Shown: positions 48,584 through 58,496, numbered from the stretch's first letter. The stretch: DNA of 64,000 nucleotides from Polyangiales bacterium (GCA_964202905.1 CAXNJO010000005.1:160001-224000), one strand, 5' to 3'. Made by a program: numbers and translations. Notes: generated by a model from the letters alone, not told the origin.

Positions 48584-51037
48584 ATGACCTCCGCGCCTCA
48601 GATCCTGATCGTCGACGAGGACGCGGGCCACCGCGGCGCGCTCGCGGGCGCGTTGCGGGAGGCCGGGCTCGACACGCTCGAGGCCCCCGACGTCGCGCAC
48701 GCGCTCGCGGCGATCGCGGCGACGCGCCCCGGGCTCGTGCTCTGCGGCCTTCCCGTCGACGAAGCGGTCGACCTGCGAACCCTGGCGGGCGCCGCGGACG
48801 CGACCGCGGGCGACTTCACGCTCGTCGTGCTCGTCGACGGAGACGACGAGGTCGAGCGGGCCTTCGACGGCGGCGCGGACGACGTGCTGCGCAAGCCGCA
48901 GCGCCCCGCGGAGCTGCGCCGCGCGGAGCTGCTCGGACGCGTGCGGAGCCACCTGCGGCATCGGCATCACCTCGAGGAGCTCGGCCGCAAGGAGCACGAC
49001 GCGCAGGTGATGGTCGAGCTCACGCAGGCCCTCGCCTCGTCGCTCGACTTCCGCGAGATCCTCTTCACGGTCGTGCGGCGCATCGCGGACGTCGTGCGCG
49101 TCGACCGCGTGAGCATCGTGCTCGCGCCGGAGGACGCCAAGGTCGGCTACGTGGTCGCGGCCTCCGACGACGAGCAGCTCGCGAATCTGCGCATCGATCT
49201 CGCGAAATACCCCGAGATCCAGCAGGTTTTGCGCACGCGCGCGGCGCTCGCGATCCCGGACGTCGCGACGCATCCCGTGCTCGACGGAGTGCGCGACGAC
49301 GTGGCGCGCACGGGCCTCGCGTCGCTCTCGCTGCTGCCGATCGTCTGGGAGGAGCAGGCCATGGGCGTGCTCTTTCTGCGCGCGGCCTCGACGCGCGGCC
49401 CGCTCACGCCGCGCGAGGTCGGCTTCTGTCAGGTCGTGGCCAACGCGACCGCGGTCGCGCTCCGCAACGCGCGCGTGATGCAGTCGCTCCGGGACGAGAC
49501 GCAGCAGGTCACCTTCGCGCGCTTCGAGGCCGAGCGGCGGAGCCGCGCGCTCAAGCGCTACGCGGACTACTTCGTATCGGCGGCCGATGGACTCGCCGCG
49601 CTCGACACCGAGGGGCGTCTGCTCTTCGGCAACCCGCGCGCCTTCGAGCTCGTCGGCTACGAGGAGCAGGATCTGCTCGCGCACAAGCTGCGCGAGATCG
49701 TGCACCCCGACGACGTCGCCCGGGCGCGCGCGCTCTCGGCGGGCTTCGCGCGCGGTGAGTTCCCGCGCGGCGTCGACCTGCGCGTGCGCCGCAAGGACGG
49801 CGCCGAGCGCACGCTGAACTTCAGCTTCTCGCCCCTCATCGACGGCGAAGGCGCGGTGCTGTTCTCCTTCCGCGACGTCACCGAAGAGCGCGCGACGGCC
49901 GCCGAGCTCACGCAGACGAAGGAGTTCCTCGAGTCGCTCATCGACGCCTCGGTCGACCCGATCGTCGCGGCCGACATGCGGGGCACGATCCTCCTGTTCA
50001 ACACGGGCGCCGAGCGCGTCTACGGCTACGCCGCCGCCGACGTCGTCGGCACGATGAGCGTCGCGCGGCTCTACCCCAAGGGCGGCGCGCACGAGGTCAT
50101 GCGCCTGCTCCGCGCGCCGCAGCACGGCGGCGTCGGGCGCCTCACGAGCCTGCGCTGCGACGCGGTCGACGCGGCGGGCGCGATCATCCCCATCTCGCTC
50201 TCGGCCGCGATCGTCTACGACGGCGCCGAGGCCGTCGCGACCTTCGGCATCTTCACGGATCTGCGCGACAAACTCCGCGCGGAGGAGCGCCTCGCGCAGG
50301 CGCAGGAGAAGCTCGCCGTCACCGAGAAACAGGCGCTCATCGCGGAACTCGCGGGCACCGCCGCGCACGAGCTGAACCAGCCGCTGCAGTGCGTGATGGC
50401 CTACGCGGACATGCTCGTCCGCAAACTCCCGCAGGGCGGCAGCGAGCAGCACTACGCGCGCACCGTCGTCGGCGAAGCCGAGCGGATGAAGGACATCGTC
50501 CGCAAGATCGGCAAGATCACGAAGTACGAGACGAAGTCGTACGTCGGCGCGCAGCGCATCCTCGATCTCGACAAGGCCGTCGGCGACACACGCGAGAGCG
50601 AGCCGGGCCGCCTCACCTCCTCGTGGCCCCCGGCGCCCGCCCCCGCGCGGCCCAGCCAGCCGCCCCTCGAGTCGCTGCCGCGGCCGAGCGCGACGCCGAC
50701 GGACGACCTCCCGCGGCGCAGCCAGTTGCCGCCGGGCGGCTTCCCGCGGCCGAGCCAGTCGCCGCCGAGCGGCCTGCGACGCCCGGCGCCGCTCGGCCTC
50801 GAGGGGGGCGCGGGCGCCTTCCCCGTCGAGGGCGCGTCCCGCGCGAGTCAGCTCCCGCCTGGGGGCTTTGCGCGGCCGAGCCAGTCCCCGCCGCCCGCGC
50901 ACGAGCCAGCGCCGCGCGCGCCCTCGGCCGTGTTCAAGCGCCCCAGCTCCCCGGGTCGCGAGGTGGCCCCCGATGAGGTCGGCGGTACGGACCCATCCAC
51001 CCCCCCCCTCCCCCCCAAGGAAGGGGGCGGCACATGA
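48584..51037 (+). CDS. Pseudo-REC-GAF-PAS-PAS-HisKA signalling protein lacking HATPase, with Pro/Ser-rich tail
   Basis: ILIVDED, GAF, two PAS domains and AHELNQPL. No N/G1/F/G2 boxes follow. Confidence 0.85.
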   Translation: MTSAPQILIVDEDAGHRGALAGALREAGLDTLEAPDVAHALAAIAATRPGLVLCGLPVDEAVDLRTLAGAADATAGDFTLVVLVDGDDEVERAFDGGADDVLRKPQRPAELRRAELLGRVRSHLRHRHHLEELGRKEHDAQVMVELTQALASSLDFREILFTVVRRIADVVRVDRVSIVLAPEDAKVGYVVAASDDEQLANLRIDLAKYPEIQQVLRTRAALAIPDVATHPVLDGVRDDVARTGLASLSLLPIVWEEQAMGVLFLRAASTRGPLTPREVGFCQVVANATAVALRNARVMQSLRDETQQVTFARFEAERRSRALKRYADYFVSAADGLAALDTEGRLLFGNPRAFELVGYEEQDLLAHKLREIVHPDDVARARALSAGFARGEFPRGVDLRVRRKDGAERTLNFSFSPLIDGEGAVLFSFRDVTEERATAAELTQTKEFLESLIDASVDPIVAADMRGTILLFNTGAERVYGYAAADVVGTMSVARLYPKGGAHEVMRLLRAPQHGGVGRLTSLRCDAVDAAGAIIPISLSAAIVYDGAEAVATFGIFTDLRDKLRAEERLAQAQEKLAVTEKQALIAELAGTAAHELNQPLQCVMAYADMLVRKLPQGGSEQHYARTVVGEAERMKDIVRKIGKITKYETKSYVGAQRILDLDKAVGDTRESEPGRLTSSWPPAPAPARPSQPPLESLPRPSATPTDDLPRRSQLPPGGFPRPSQSPPSGLRRPAPLGLEGGAGAFPVEGASRASQLPPGGFARPSQSPPPAHEPAPRAPSAVFKRPSSPGREVAPDEVGGTDPSTPPLPPKEGGGT

Positions 51038-52737
51038 GCACGCGCGATCGCGGCGGGAGCGGCGCCGGCGAGGAGACGCCCCTGCGCGGGTCTCCGCTCG
51101 ACGACGTCGACGCGCTCGCCCGCGTGTCGCGCGTGAGCGACGTCGTCCCGAGCCGCGACGAGACGCTCCTCGTGCCCACGCCGGAGCGCACGCTCGCGAC
51201 GGTGCTCGAGCTGAGCCGCACGCGCTTCGTCGAGCAGCAGGACGAGCAGATCGTGCACGGCTACGTCGCGGCGCTGTGCCAACTCCTGCCCGGACGCCGC
51301 TTCTGCGTGCGCCTCGTCGCGCCCGACACGGGCGCGCTGCGCGTCGTGTACGCCACCGGCCGGCTGCGCCCCGAGACGCGCGAGCCGCTCCGTGTCTCGC
51401 GCGACGCGCTCGTCCGGCACGCGCTCGAGCTGCCGCTGCCCGGCGTCACGCGGAGCGAGGCCTACGTCCCGCTCTTCCATGCGGACGCCGCGGGCTTCGA
51501 CGTGCCGGTCGTCGACGGGCCGCGCTTCTTCGGCGTGCTCGCGGTCGAATACACGCCCGGCGTCGCGCCCCCCGCGCGCGACGCGACGAGCGTCGTGCCG
51601 CTCGTGCTCCAGCTCGCCGCGACGCTGCGCAACGCCCAACTTTACCGCGAGTCGGCGTACCTCCGGGACTACCTCGCCAAGCTGCTCGAGAGCGCCAACG
51701 CGCCCATCGTCGTGCTCACGCCCGACCGCACGGTCGGCGTCGTGAACCGCGCGTTCCTCGCGCTGACGGGCTACACGCGCGAGTCGCTGCTCGGGCGCGA
51801 CTTCCTCGAGCAGCTGCCCGAGGCCGAGCGTCGCCGCCTGCTCCCCGTGCACGCCGCGGCGCTGCGCGGCGAGGCCACCTCGAACCTCGAGCTCTCCATC
51901 CCGCGCGCGACGTCGGGCTTCGTGCGGCTCTCGGTGAACGTCGCGTCGATCCTCAGCGCGGACGGCGAGGTCGAGGGCGTGGTCGCCGTCGGCCGCGACC
52001 TCACGGAGGTGCGCGAGCTCGAGCACCAGATCATCCAGGCCGAAAAACTCGCCACGCTCGGCCAGCTCGCGGCGGGCGTCGTGCACGAGCTGAACAACCC
52101 GCTCACGAGCATCACGGTCTACGCCGAGCACCTGCTCCGCAAGAACCAGCGGACCGAGGGCGACCCGACGGACAGCGAGCGCCTCGGCCGCATCCTCGAA
52201 GCCGCGCAGCGCATCCTCAACTTCACGCGTGACCTCGTCACCTACGCGCGGCCGAGCGCGGAGGAGCCGCGCGAGGTATCGATCGAGACGCTGCTCGAAC
52301 AATCGGTCGTCTTCTGCGAGCACCTCATCACCGAGCGCGGCGTGCACGTCGAGCGGCACTACGCCCCCGCGCTGCCCACGCTCCAGGCCGTCCCATCGCA
52401 GCTCCACCAGGTGTTCATCAACCTCATCACCAACGCCTGCCACGCGATGCCCGAGGGCGCGGGGAAGCTGGTGCTCGAGACGGCGCAGGAGCACGCGGGC
52501 GGGCCCGTGACGGTGCGTGTCCGCGACAACGGCGGCGGCATCCCGAGCGCGCTGCTCGATCGGATCTTCGAGCCGTTCTACACCACCAAGAGCGAGGGCA
52601 AGGGCACGGGGCTCGGCCTCTCGATCGTACGCAACATCGTGCACCAGCACCGCGGGGACATCGGCGTCGAGAGCGCCCCGGGCGCGGGAACGACGTTCAC
52701 GGTGTCGCTCGTGGGCAAGGCGGCAGCGGGCCACTGA
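51034..52737 (+). CDS. GAF-PAS sensor histidine kinase
   Basis: HELNNPL, QVFINLITNA, DNGGGI, FEPFYTTK and GTGLGL. ATGA overlap with the upstream gene. Confidence 0.93.
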   Translation: MSTRDRGGSGAGEETPLRGSPLDDVDALARVSRVSDVVPSRDETLLVPTPERTLATVLELSRTRFVEQQDEQIVHGYVAALCQLLPGRRFCVRLVAPDTGALRVVYATGRLRPETREPLRVSRDALVRHALELPLPGVTRSEAYVPLFHADAAGFDVPVVDGPRFFGVLAVEYTPGVAPPARDATSVVPLVLQLAATLRNAQLYRESAYLRDYLAKLLESANAPIVVLTPDRTVGVVNRAFLALTGYTRESLLGRDFLEQLPEAERRRLLPVHAAALRGEATSNLELSIPRATSGFVRLSVNVASILSADGEVEGVVAVGRDLTEVRELEHQIIQAEKLATLGQLAAGVVHELNNPLTSITVYAEHLLRKNQRTEGDPTDSERLGRILEAAQRILNFTRDLVTYARPSAEEPREVSIETLLEQSVVFCEHLITERGVHVERHYAPALPTLQAVPSQLHQVFINLITNACHAMPEGAGKLVLETAQEHAGGPVTVRVRDNGGGIPSALLDRIFEPFYTTKSEGKGTGLGLSIVRNIVHQHRGDIGVESAPGAGTTFTVSLVGKAAAGH

Positions 52738-52904
52738 CGGGCTGCTCGGAGCGCCACGGGCGAACTCCGCGGACCGCCGCGGGCGGCACTCGCGGCGCGC
52801 CAACGCCGCGCGCAGGGCACCGTGGACAACACGCGCAGGACAACATCGACCGCGGCGCCGCACGCGGCCCCGGCGCGGGGCCCGCGGCGCGTACGGTGGC
52901 GGGT

Positions 52905-53498
52905 TCAGCCGAGGTCGGCCCGGCGCTCGATGATGCGGGTCACGAGGCCGTAGTCCTTCGCCTCGACGGACGTGAGCCAGAAGTCGCGGTCGGAGTCGTT
53001 CTCGACCTTCGTGAGGTCGCGGCCCGTCGCGGCGGCGACGATCTGGTTGTAGCGGCGCTTGAGCGCGACGATCTGGCGCGCGGCGATGTCGATGTCCGTC
53101 GACTGTCCGCGCGTGACCGTCGAGGGCTGGTGCAGGAGGAAGCGCGAGTTCGGGAGCGCGAGGCGCTGTCCCTCGGCGCCGCCGAGGAAGATGAGGACGG
53201 CCGCGGATGCGACCAGGCCGTTGGCGACCGTGCGGATGGGCGCCGGGGAGAAGCGGAAGAGGTCGTAGAGCGCGAAGCCGACGTCCGCGGCGCCACCCGG
53301 CGAGTTGACCAGCACCGTGATGGGGCGCGCGGCGTCCTTGCGCTCGAGGATCGCGAGCTGCGTGGCCACCTTGCGGTAGAGGACGTCGCTCACCTCCTCG
53401 CCGACGATGATCGTGCGCGACTCGAGCAGCTCGCTCTCGAGGCGCGGGCTGCCGGTGTCCTTGGGCTCGTGCGCGCCCTCTTCTGCATAGCGGGTCAT
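52905..53498 (-). CDS. clpP: ATP-dependent Clp protease proteolytic subunit
   Basis: NSPGG, GLVASAA (Ser), LHQP (His) and DRDFW...EAKDYGLV. Confidence 0.9.
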   Translation of the reverse strand: MTRYAEEGAHEPKDTGSPRLESELLESRTIIVGEEVSDVLYRKVATQLAILERKDAARPITVLVNSPGGAADVGFALYDLFRFSPAPIRTVANGLVASAAVLIFLGGAEGQRLALPNSRFLLHQPSTVTRGQSTDIDIAARQIVALKRRYNQIVAAATGRDLTKVENDSDRDFWLTSVEAKDYGLVTRIIERRADLG

Positions 53499-53576
53499 GG
53501 GTCCTCCTCGGGGTCGGCCGGACGCTAGCACCGCCTCCGGCGCCGCGCCTCACCGCGCTCAACCGACGCCAGTTTC

Positions 53577-53602
53577 GTTTCACACGTTGAAACATCGTTT
53601 CA
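53577..53602. promoter_or_regulatory. TGAAAC-N3-GTTTCA palindrome plus an extra half-site (putative enhancer/UAS)
   Basis: gtttcacacgtTGAAACatcGTTTCA, ~65-80 bp upstream of a sigma-54 promoter. Confidence 0.65.
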
Positions 53603-53666
53603 CGACCGCGCGTCCCGACGTGGCTCCGCACGCGCGGAGGCACGCGCGAACGGGCGCCACTGCCGC

Positions 53667-53682
53667 TGGCACCACGCTTGCT
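53667..53682 (+). promoter_or_regulatory. Sigma-54 (-24/-12) promoter
   Basis: TGGCAC-CACGC-TTGCT, an exact match to the consensus TGGCAC-N5-TTGC. Confidence 0.82.
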
Positions 53683-53748
53683 CAGTGCGTACCTGCAGCG
53701 CGACGCTGCGGCGGGGCGCCCCACACCGGCCCCGCGGAGGAGACCCCC

Positions 53749-54873
53749 ATGCTGTTCCGCCAACTCTTCGACGCCGAGACCTCCACCTGGACCTACCTGC
53801 TCGCCGACGAGTCCACCCGCGAGGCCGTGCTCATCGACCCCGTGCTCGAGCAGGTCGAGCGCGACCTCACGCTGCTCGGCGAGCTCACGCTGACGCTGCG
53901 CTTCACGGTCGACACGCACGTGCACGCCGACCACGTCACGGGCGCCGGCGCGCTGCGCGATCGGACGGGCGCGCGCACGGTCCTCAGCGAGCGCGCGGGC
54001 ACCGGGCGCCCCGATCTCCTCGTGAAACAGGGCGATCTCGTGCCCTTCGGCCGCTACGCGCTCGAGGTCCGCGAGACGCCCGGTCACACGAGCGGCTGCG
54101 TCAGCTACGTCGCGCGGGACGGCGCACGCACGCTCGCCTTCACGGGCGATGCGCTGCTCATCCGCGGGAGCGGGCGCACCGACTTCCAGCAAGGCGACGC
54201 GCGCACGCTCCACCGCTCGGTGCACGAGCAGCTCTTCACGCTCCCCGACGACACGCTCGTCTACCCGGGCCACGACTACAAGGGCCGCACGGTCTCCACG
54301 ATCGGCGAGGAGAAGCGCCACAACCCGCGGCTCGGCGGCGGGCGCAGCGCGGAGGACTTCGACGCGATCATGGCGGCGCTCGTGCTCGCGCAGCCCAAAC
54401 AGATCGAGCGCGCGGTGCCGGCCAACCTGCAGTGCGGGGTACCCGTCGGCCTGCGCGCGGACGGGGAGCGCACGCTCGAGCGCGGCTGGGCGCCGGTCGA
54501 GCGCACCGCCGCGGGCGTCTCGGAGCTGTCACCCGAGTGGCTGGCCGCCCACCCGACCGCCGCGCGCCTCGTCGACGTCCGCGAGCCGGCCGAGTACGTC
54601 GGTCCGCTCGGGCACATCGAGGGGGCGGAGCTCGTGCCGCTCGCGACCGTCGAGGAGGCGGCGGCCACGTGGGACCGCGCGCAGCCGCTCGTCGTCGTCT
54701 GCCGCTCCGGGGGGCGCTCCGCGAAGGCCGCGCTCGCGCTCGAGGCGCTCGGCTTCAAGCGCGTCGCGTCGCTCCGCGGCGGCATGACGCGCTGGAGCGA
54801 GCTGGGCCTCGCCGCCCGCGGCGCCGCGTCTGCGGAGCCCGCGCAGCCGGCCGCGCCCGGCGTGTGCGGTTGA
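53749..54873 (+). CDS. Persulfide dioxygenase (ETHE1-like MBL) - rhodanese fusion
   Basis: MLFRQLFD, THVHADHVTG, TPGHT.GC, FTGDALLIRG.GRTDFQQG and YPGHDYKG. C-terminal rhodanese motifs DVREP.E and CRSGGRS. Confidence 0.93.
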   Translation: MLFRQLFDAETSTWTYLLADESTREAVLIDPVLEQVERDLTLLGELTLTLRFTVDTHVHADHVTGAGALRDRTGARTVLSERAGTGRPDLLVKQGDLVPFGRYALEVRETPGHTSGCVSYVARDGARTLAFTGDALLIRGSGRTDFQQGDARTLHRSVHEQLFTLPDDTLVYPGHDYKGRTVSTIGEEKRHNPRLGGGRSAEDFDAIMAALVLAQPKQIERAVPANLQCGVPVGLRADGERTLERGWAPVERTAAGVSELSPEWLAAHPTAARLVDVREPAEYVGPLGHIEGAELVPLATVEEAAATWDRAQPLVVVCRSGGRSAKAALALEALGFKRVASLRGGMTRWSELGLAARGAASAEPAQPAAPGVCG

Positions 54874-54908
54874 GCGGCCGCGCCTGCGCCGACGCGCCCA
54901 CCGCGGGT

Positions 54909-54978
54909 CTGAAACACGTTTCACGACGCTGAAACAAGCGGCCCTGAAACACGTTTCACCGCGCTGAAACATGCGGGC
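54909..54978. promoter_or_regulatory. Duplicated 35-bp unit with TGAAACACGTTTCA palindrome plus TGAAAC half-site (putative UAS)
   Basis: cTGAAACacGTTTCAcgacgcTGAAACaagcggcc followed by cTGAAACacGTTTCAccgcgcTGAAACatgcggg. Confidence 0.72.
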
Positions 54979-55033
54979 CGGACGCGACGCGCGTCCTGCG
55001 CCGCGAGCCCGTCAAAACAGGGGCGAACGCGGC

Positions 55034-55049
55034 TGGCACGATCGCTGCT
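55034..55049 (+). promoter_or_regulatory. Sigma-54 (-24/-12) promoter
   Basis: TGGCAC-GATCG-CTGCT with correct GG-N10-GC spacing. Confidence 0.75.
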
Positions 55050-55095
55050 CAAGGAGCGCTCGAGGTCGCCGACGGTCGGCGCGGAGGTCCCCATC

Positions 55096-55983
55096 ATGCT
55101 CATCCTCGGAGTCGCGCTGTCGGTGCTCGTGGGCGTCGCGCTCGGCCTGCTCGGCGGCGGCGGCTCGATCCTGACCGTGACGGTGCTCGTCTACGTGCTC
55201 GCGCTCCCGCCGCACGAGGCGATCGCCACCTCGCTGCTCGTCGTCGGGGCGACGAGCCTCGCCGCGCTGGTGCCGCATGCGCGCGCCGGTCACGTCCGGT
55301 GGCGGACGGGCGTGCTCTTCGGGCTCGCGGGCATGGCGGGCGCCTTCGGGGGCGGGCGCGTCGCGCGGCTGATCCCCGCGGGGCTGCTGCTCACGCTCTT
55401 CGGCGTGGTGATGCTCGTGACCGCCGTCGCGATGCTGCGCGGCGGCGCGCAGACCACGGCGCCGCAGCCCCGCGCAGGGCGGAGCGCCCTCGGGCGCAGC
55501 GCGTGGCTCGGCGTGCAAGGCCTGCTCGTCGGCGTCGTCACGGGGCTCGTGGGCGCGGGGGGCGGCTTCCTCGTGGTGCCCGCGCTCGTGCTGCTCGGCG
55601 GCCTGCCGATGAGCGCGGCGGTCGGGACGTCGCTGGTCGTCGTCGCGATGAACGCGCTCGCGGGCTTCGCGGGGCACCTCGGCACGACGCCCATCGACGC
55701 GCGCCTCGCGGCGCTCGTCACCGGGGCCGCCGTGGTCGGCAGCCTCCTCGGGAGCCGGTTCGCGGGCCGCATCGCCCCGGACACGCTGCGCCGCGGCTTC
55801 GGCGTCTTCGTGATCGCGATGGCCGTCTTCATCCTCGGCCAGCAGATCCCCGAAACCCTCGGTGTCGCGCGCGGCATCATGCTGCCCTGGGCCGCCGCTG
55901 CAGCCCTGCTCGCCTTCGCGGTCGGGCTGGCGGCGAACGCCGTGCGCCGCGCCCGCCTCCCGGCCCCGCGGCCGACCCCCTAG
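55096..55983 (+). CDS. TauE/SafE family sulfite exporter
   Basis: LGLLGGGGSILTV, AIATSL, GLVGAGGGFLVVPAL and AVGTSL, with many TM segments. Confidence 0.92.
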   Translation: MLILGVALSVLVGVALGLLGGGGSILTVTVLVYVLALPPHEAIATSLLVVGATSLAALVPHARAGHVRWRTGVLFGLAGMAGAFGGGRVARLIPAGLLLTLFGVVMLVTAVAMLRGGAQTTAPQPRAGRSALGRSAWLGVQGLLVGVVTGLVGAGGGFLVVPALVLLGGLPMSAAVGTSLVVVAMNALAGFAGHLGTTPIDARLAALVTGAAVVGSLLGSRFAGRIAPDTLRRGFGVFVIAMAVFILGQQIPETLGVARGIMLPWAAAAALLAFAVGLAANAVRRARLPAPRPTP

Positions 55984-56018
55984 ACCCGATCCCCACCCCC
56001 GACGAAACGAGGACGACC

Positions 56019-56195
56019 ATGTGTCAGGCAGTGACGTGTGCGAAGTGTGGCAAGGCAGGCTGGCGCGGTTGCGGCGCCCACGTCGAGCAGGTGCTCGCGG
56101 GCGTCCCCGCGGCGCAGCGCTGCGCGTGCGCGGGCGGCGCGCAGTCGAAGCCGCTCGGGGAGTCGATCCGCGAGATGTTCGGCATCAAGAAGTGA
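56019..56195 (+). CDS. Small Cys-rich protein (58 aa)
   Basis: MCQAVTCAKCGKAGWRGCGAHVEQVLAGVPAAQRCAC. GAGG RBS upstream. Confidence 0.8.
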   Translation: MCQAVTCAKCGKAGWRGCGAHVEQVLAGVPAAQRCACAGGAQSKPLGESIREMFGIKK

Positions 56196-56297
56196 CCGAC
56201 TCCCCGCAGCCCCCGGGCAGCGCGCTCGGCATGGCGTGGTCGCGGCACCGCGGCCGCCCAGCGTCCGGTCCGCGCGCGCAGCGGAGCGCCTCGACGG

Positions 56298-56409
56298 TGT
56301 GACCGAATGCGACGCGTCCGGCTTCCGGTCCGCGCGCGCGGCGGAGCTCCTCGCGAGCGCAGGCTTCACCGTGCACGACCTCGGCGCGATGGGCCGCTGG
56401 GGCGGCTGA
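56298..56409 (+). pseudogene. Rhodanese C-terminal remnant
   Basis: [31 protein letters not shown] matches the rhodanese C-terminal half. The N-terminal half is not recognisable. Confidence 0.6.
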
Positions 56410-56488
56410 CGCCGCATCCGCGGGAAAGACCGCGCAAGCGCACGTCCCCTCTCCACAGTGGCGCGAAGATGCGGTACGAGGCGGGCCC

Positions 56489-57193
56489 ATGGGCGCGCAA
56501 TGGAAGCTGAAGGGTCGGACGGAAGCGGCAGCGGCGAAGGGCAAGCTCTTCACCAAGCTGGCGAAGGAAATCATGGTCGCGGCGCGGAGCGGCGCGGACC
56601 CAACGATGAACCCACGGCTGCGCATGGCGGTCGACGCCGCGCGCAAGGCCTCGATGACGCGTGACACGCTCGAGCGCGCGATCAAGAAAGGCGCCGGGCT
56701 CCTCGACGACGCCGCGCAGTTCGAGACGATCAGCTACGAGGGCTTCGCGCCCTACCAGGTGCCGGTCATCGTCGAGTGCCTCACCGACAACAAGAACCGC
56801 ACCGCGCCCAACATGCGCCTGCTCTTCCGCAAGGGGCAGCTCGGCGCGAGCGGCTCGGTGACGTGGGACTTCGCGCGGCTCGGCGCGATCGAGGCGACGA
56901 CGCCGGATGCGGGCGTCGACGCCGAGGAGGCCGCGATCGAGGCGGGCGCGCAGGACCTCGAGGCGGGTGACGACGGCCAGACGCGCTTCTTCACGGAGCC
57001 GACGGCCCTCGACACGGTGAGCAAGGCGCTCGCCGAGCGCCGCTGGACGGTGACCTCCGCGGCGCTGATCTGGCGCGCGAAGAACCCGGTGAAGCTCGAC
57101 GATCCGGCGCAGCGCGCGGAGGTCGAGGCCTTCCTCGCCGCGATCGACGACGACGACGACGTGCAGCGGATGTTCGTCGGCCTCGCCGACTGA
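56489..57193 (+). CDS. yebC: YebC/PmpR family protein
   Basis: [29 protein letters not shown] and DDDDVQ. Confidence 0.93.
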   Translation: MGAQWKLKGRTEAAAAKGKLFTKLAKEIMVAARSGADPTMNPRLRMAVDAARKASMTRDTLERAIKKGAGLLDDAAQFETISYEGFAPYQVPVIVECLTDNKNRTAPNMRLLFRKGQLGASGSVTWDFARLGAIEATTPDAGVDAEEAAIEAGAQDLEAGDDGQTRFFTEPTALDTVSKALAERRWTVTSAALIWRAKNPVKLDDPAQRAEVEAFLAAIDDDDDVQRMFVGLAD

Positions 57194-57295
57194 CCTGCGC
57201 GTCCGCACCACGCGCGCGCCCCTGTGCGCGCGGCCGCGGCGACCCCAAACAACATCCCGATCACGTCACTGAATCGCCATTCAGGAGATCGCCCG

Positions 57296-58483
57296 ATGGA
57301 CATGTCGTTCAGCCAGGAGCACCTCGCCTTCCGCGACGAGGTGCGCGCGTGGATCGCGAAGACGATGCCCGAAGACCTCGCGACGACCGCGGCGGTCGAC
57401 GGCCACTTCGAGCACTCGGACGTCATGCGCTGGCACAAGCTGCTCGCGCAGCAGGGCTGGGTCGCGCCGCACTGGCCCGCGGAGGTCGGCGGCCCCGACT
57501 GGGATGCGACGCGCCGCTTCATCTTCAACGACGAGCTCGAGCGCGCGGGTGCGCCGGGCCTCTCGCCGTTCGGCCTCTCGATGGTCGGCCCGCTCATCAT
57601 CCAGTTCGGCACCGACGCGCAGAAGCAGCGCTTTCTGCCGACGATCCTCGCCGGCGACGAGGTCTGGTGTCAGGGCTACTCCGAACCGAACGCCGGCTCG
57701 GACCTCGCGTCGCTGCAGACGCGCGCCGACGACGACGGGCAGGGCCACTTCGTCGTGAACGGCCAGAAGACCTGGACGACGTACGCGCAGTACGCGGACT
57801 GGATCTTCCTCCTCGTCCGCACCGACTCGTCCACCAAACAGAAGCAGCAGGGGATCAGCTTCCTGCTCGTCGACATGAAGACCCCGGGCGTCACGGTGAA
57901 GCCCTTCCTGACGACGGGCGGCACGCCGGCCTTCTGCGAGACGTGGTTCGACAACGCCCGCGTGCCCAAGGAGAACCTCGTCGGCCCGCTGCACGGCGGC
58001 TGGACGCTCGCGAAGGCGCTGCTCGGCCACGAGCGCACGCTCATCGCCGCGGTCGGCCAGTCGTCGCGCGTGCTGCGCCGGGTGAAGAAGATCGCGCAGG
58101 AGACGCACGCGGGCGACGCGCGCCTGATCGACGACCCGGCCGTCCGCCTGCGCATCGCGCGCATGGAGGTGAAGCTGCGCTCGCTCGAGATGGCGAACTT
58201 CCGCGCGCTCGCGGGCGCACAGCTCGGGCACGCGCCGGGGCCGGAGTCGTCGATCCTCAAGATCCGCGGCTCGGAGGTCATCCAGCAGATGTTCGAGCTC
58301 GCGATGGACGTCATGGGCCCCGCGTCGCTCACCTGGTTCAACGACCCGGGCGTCGTGCCGCCCGATCAGGAGTACCTCGGCTCGCTCTTCAACTACATCC
58401 GCGCCTCCACGATCTACGGCGGATCCAACGAAATCCAGCGCAACGTGATCGCCAAGATGATCCTCGGCATGCCGAGCAAGTGA
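57296..58483 (+). CDS. Acyl-CoA dehydrogenase (PimC-like subunit)
   Basis: WCQGYSEPNAGSDLASL, NGQKTWTT and TIYGGSNEIQRNVIAK. Confidence 0.93.
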   Translation: MDMSFSQEHLAFRDEVRAWIAKTMPEDLATTAAVDGHFEHSDVMRWHKLLAQQGWVAPHWPAEVGGPDWDATRRFIFNDELERAGAPGLSPFGLSMVGPLIIQFGTDAQKQRFLPTILAGDEVWCQGYSEPNAGSDLASLQTRADDDGQGHFVVNGQKTWTTYAQYADWIFLLVRTDSSTKQKQQGISFLLVDMKTPGVTVKPFLTTGGTPAFCETWFDNARVPKENLVGPLHGGWTLAKALLGHERTLIAAVGQSSRVLRRVKKIAQETHAGDARLIDDPAVRLRIARMEVKLRSLEMANFRALAGAQLGHAPGPESSILKIRGSEVIQQMFELAMDVMGPASLTWFNDPGVVPPDQEYLGSLFNYIRASTIYGGSNEIQRNVIAKMILGMPSK

Positions 58484-58496
58484 CGGAGCTGCGACC

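Noticed and set aside
54909..54978. GTTTCA/TGAAAC ends resembling CRISPR repeats
   Set aside because: Only two adjacent units with no unique spacers. The position upstream of a sigma-54 promoter fits an enhancer better.
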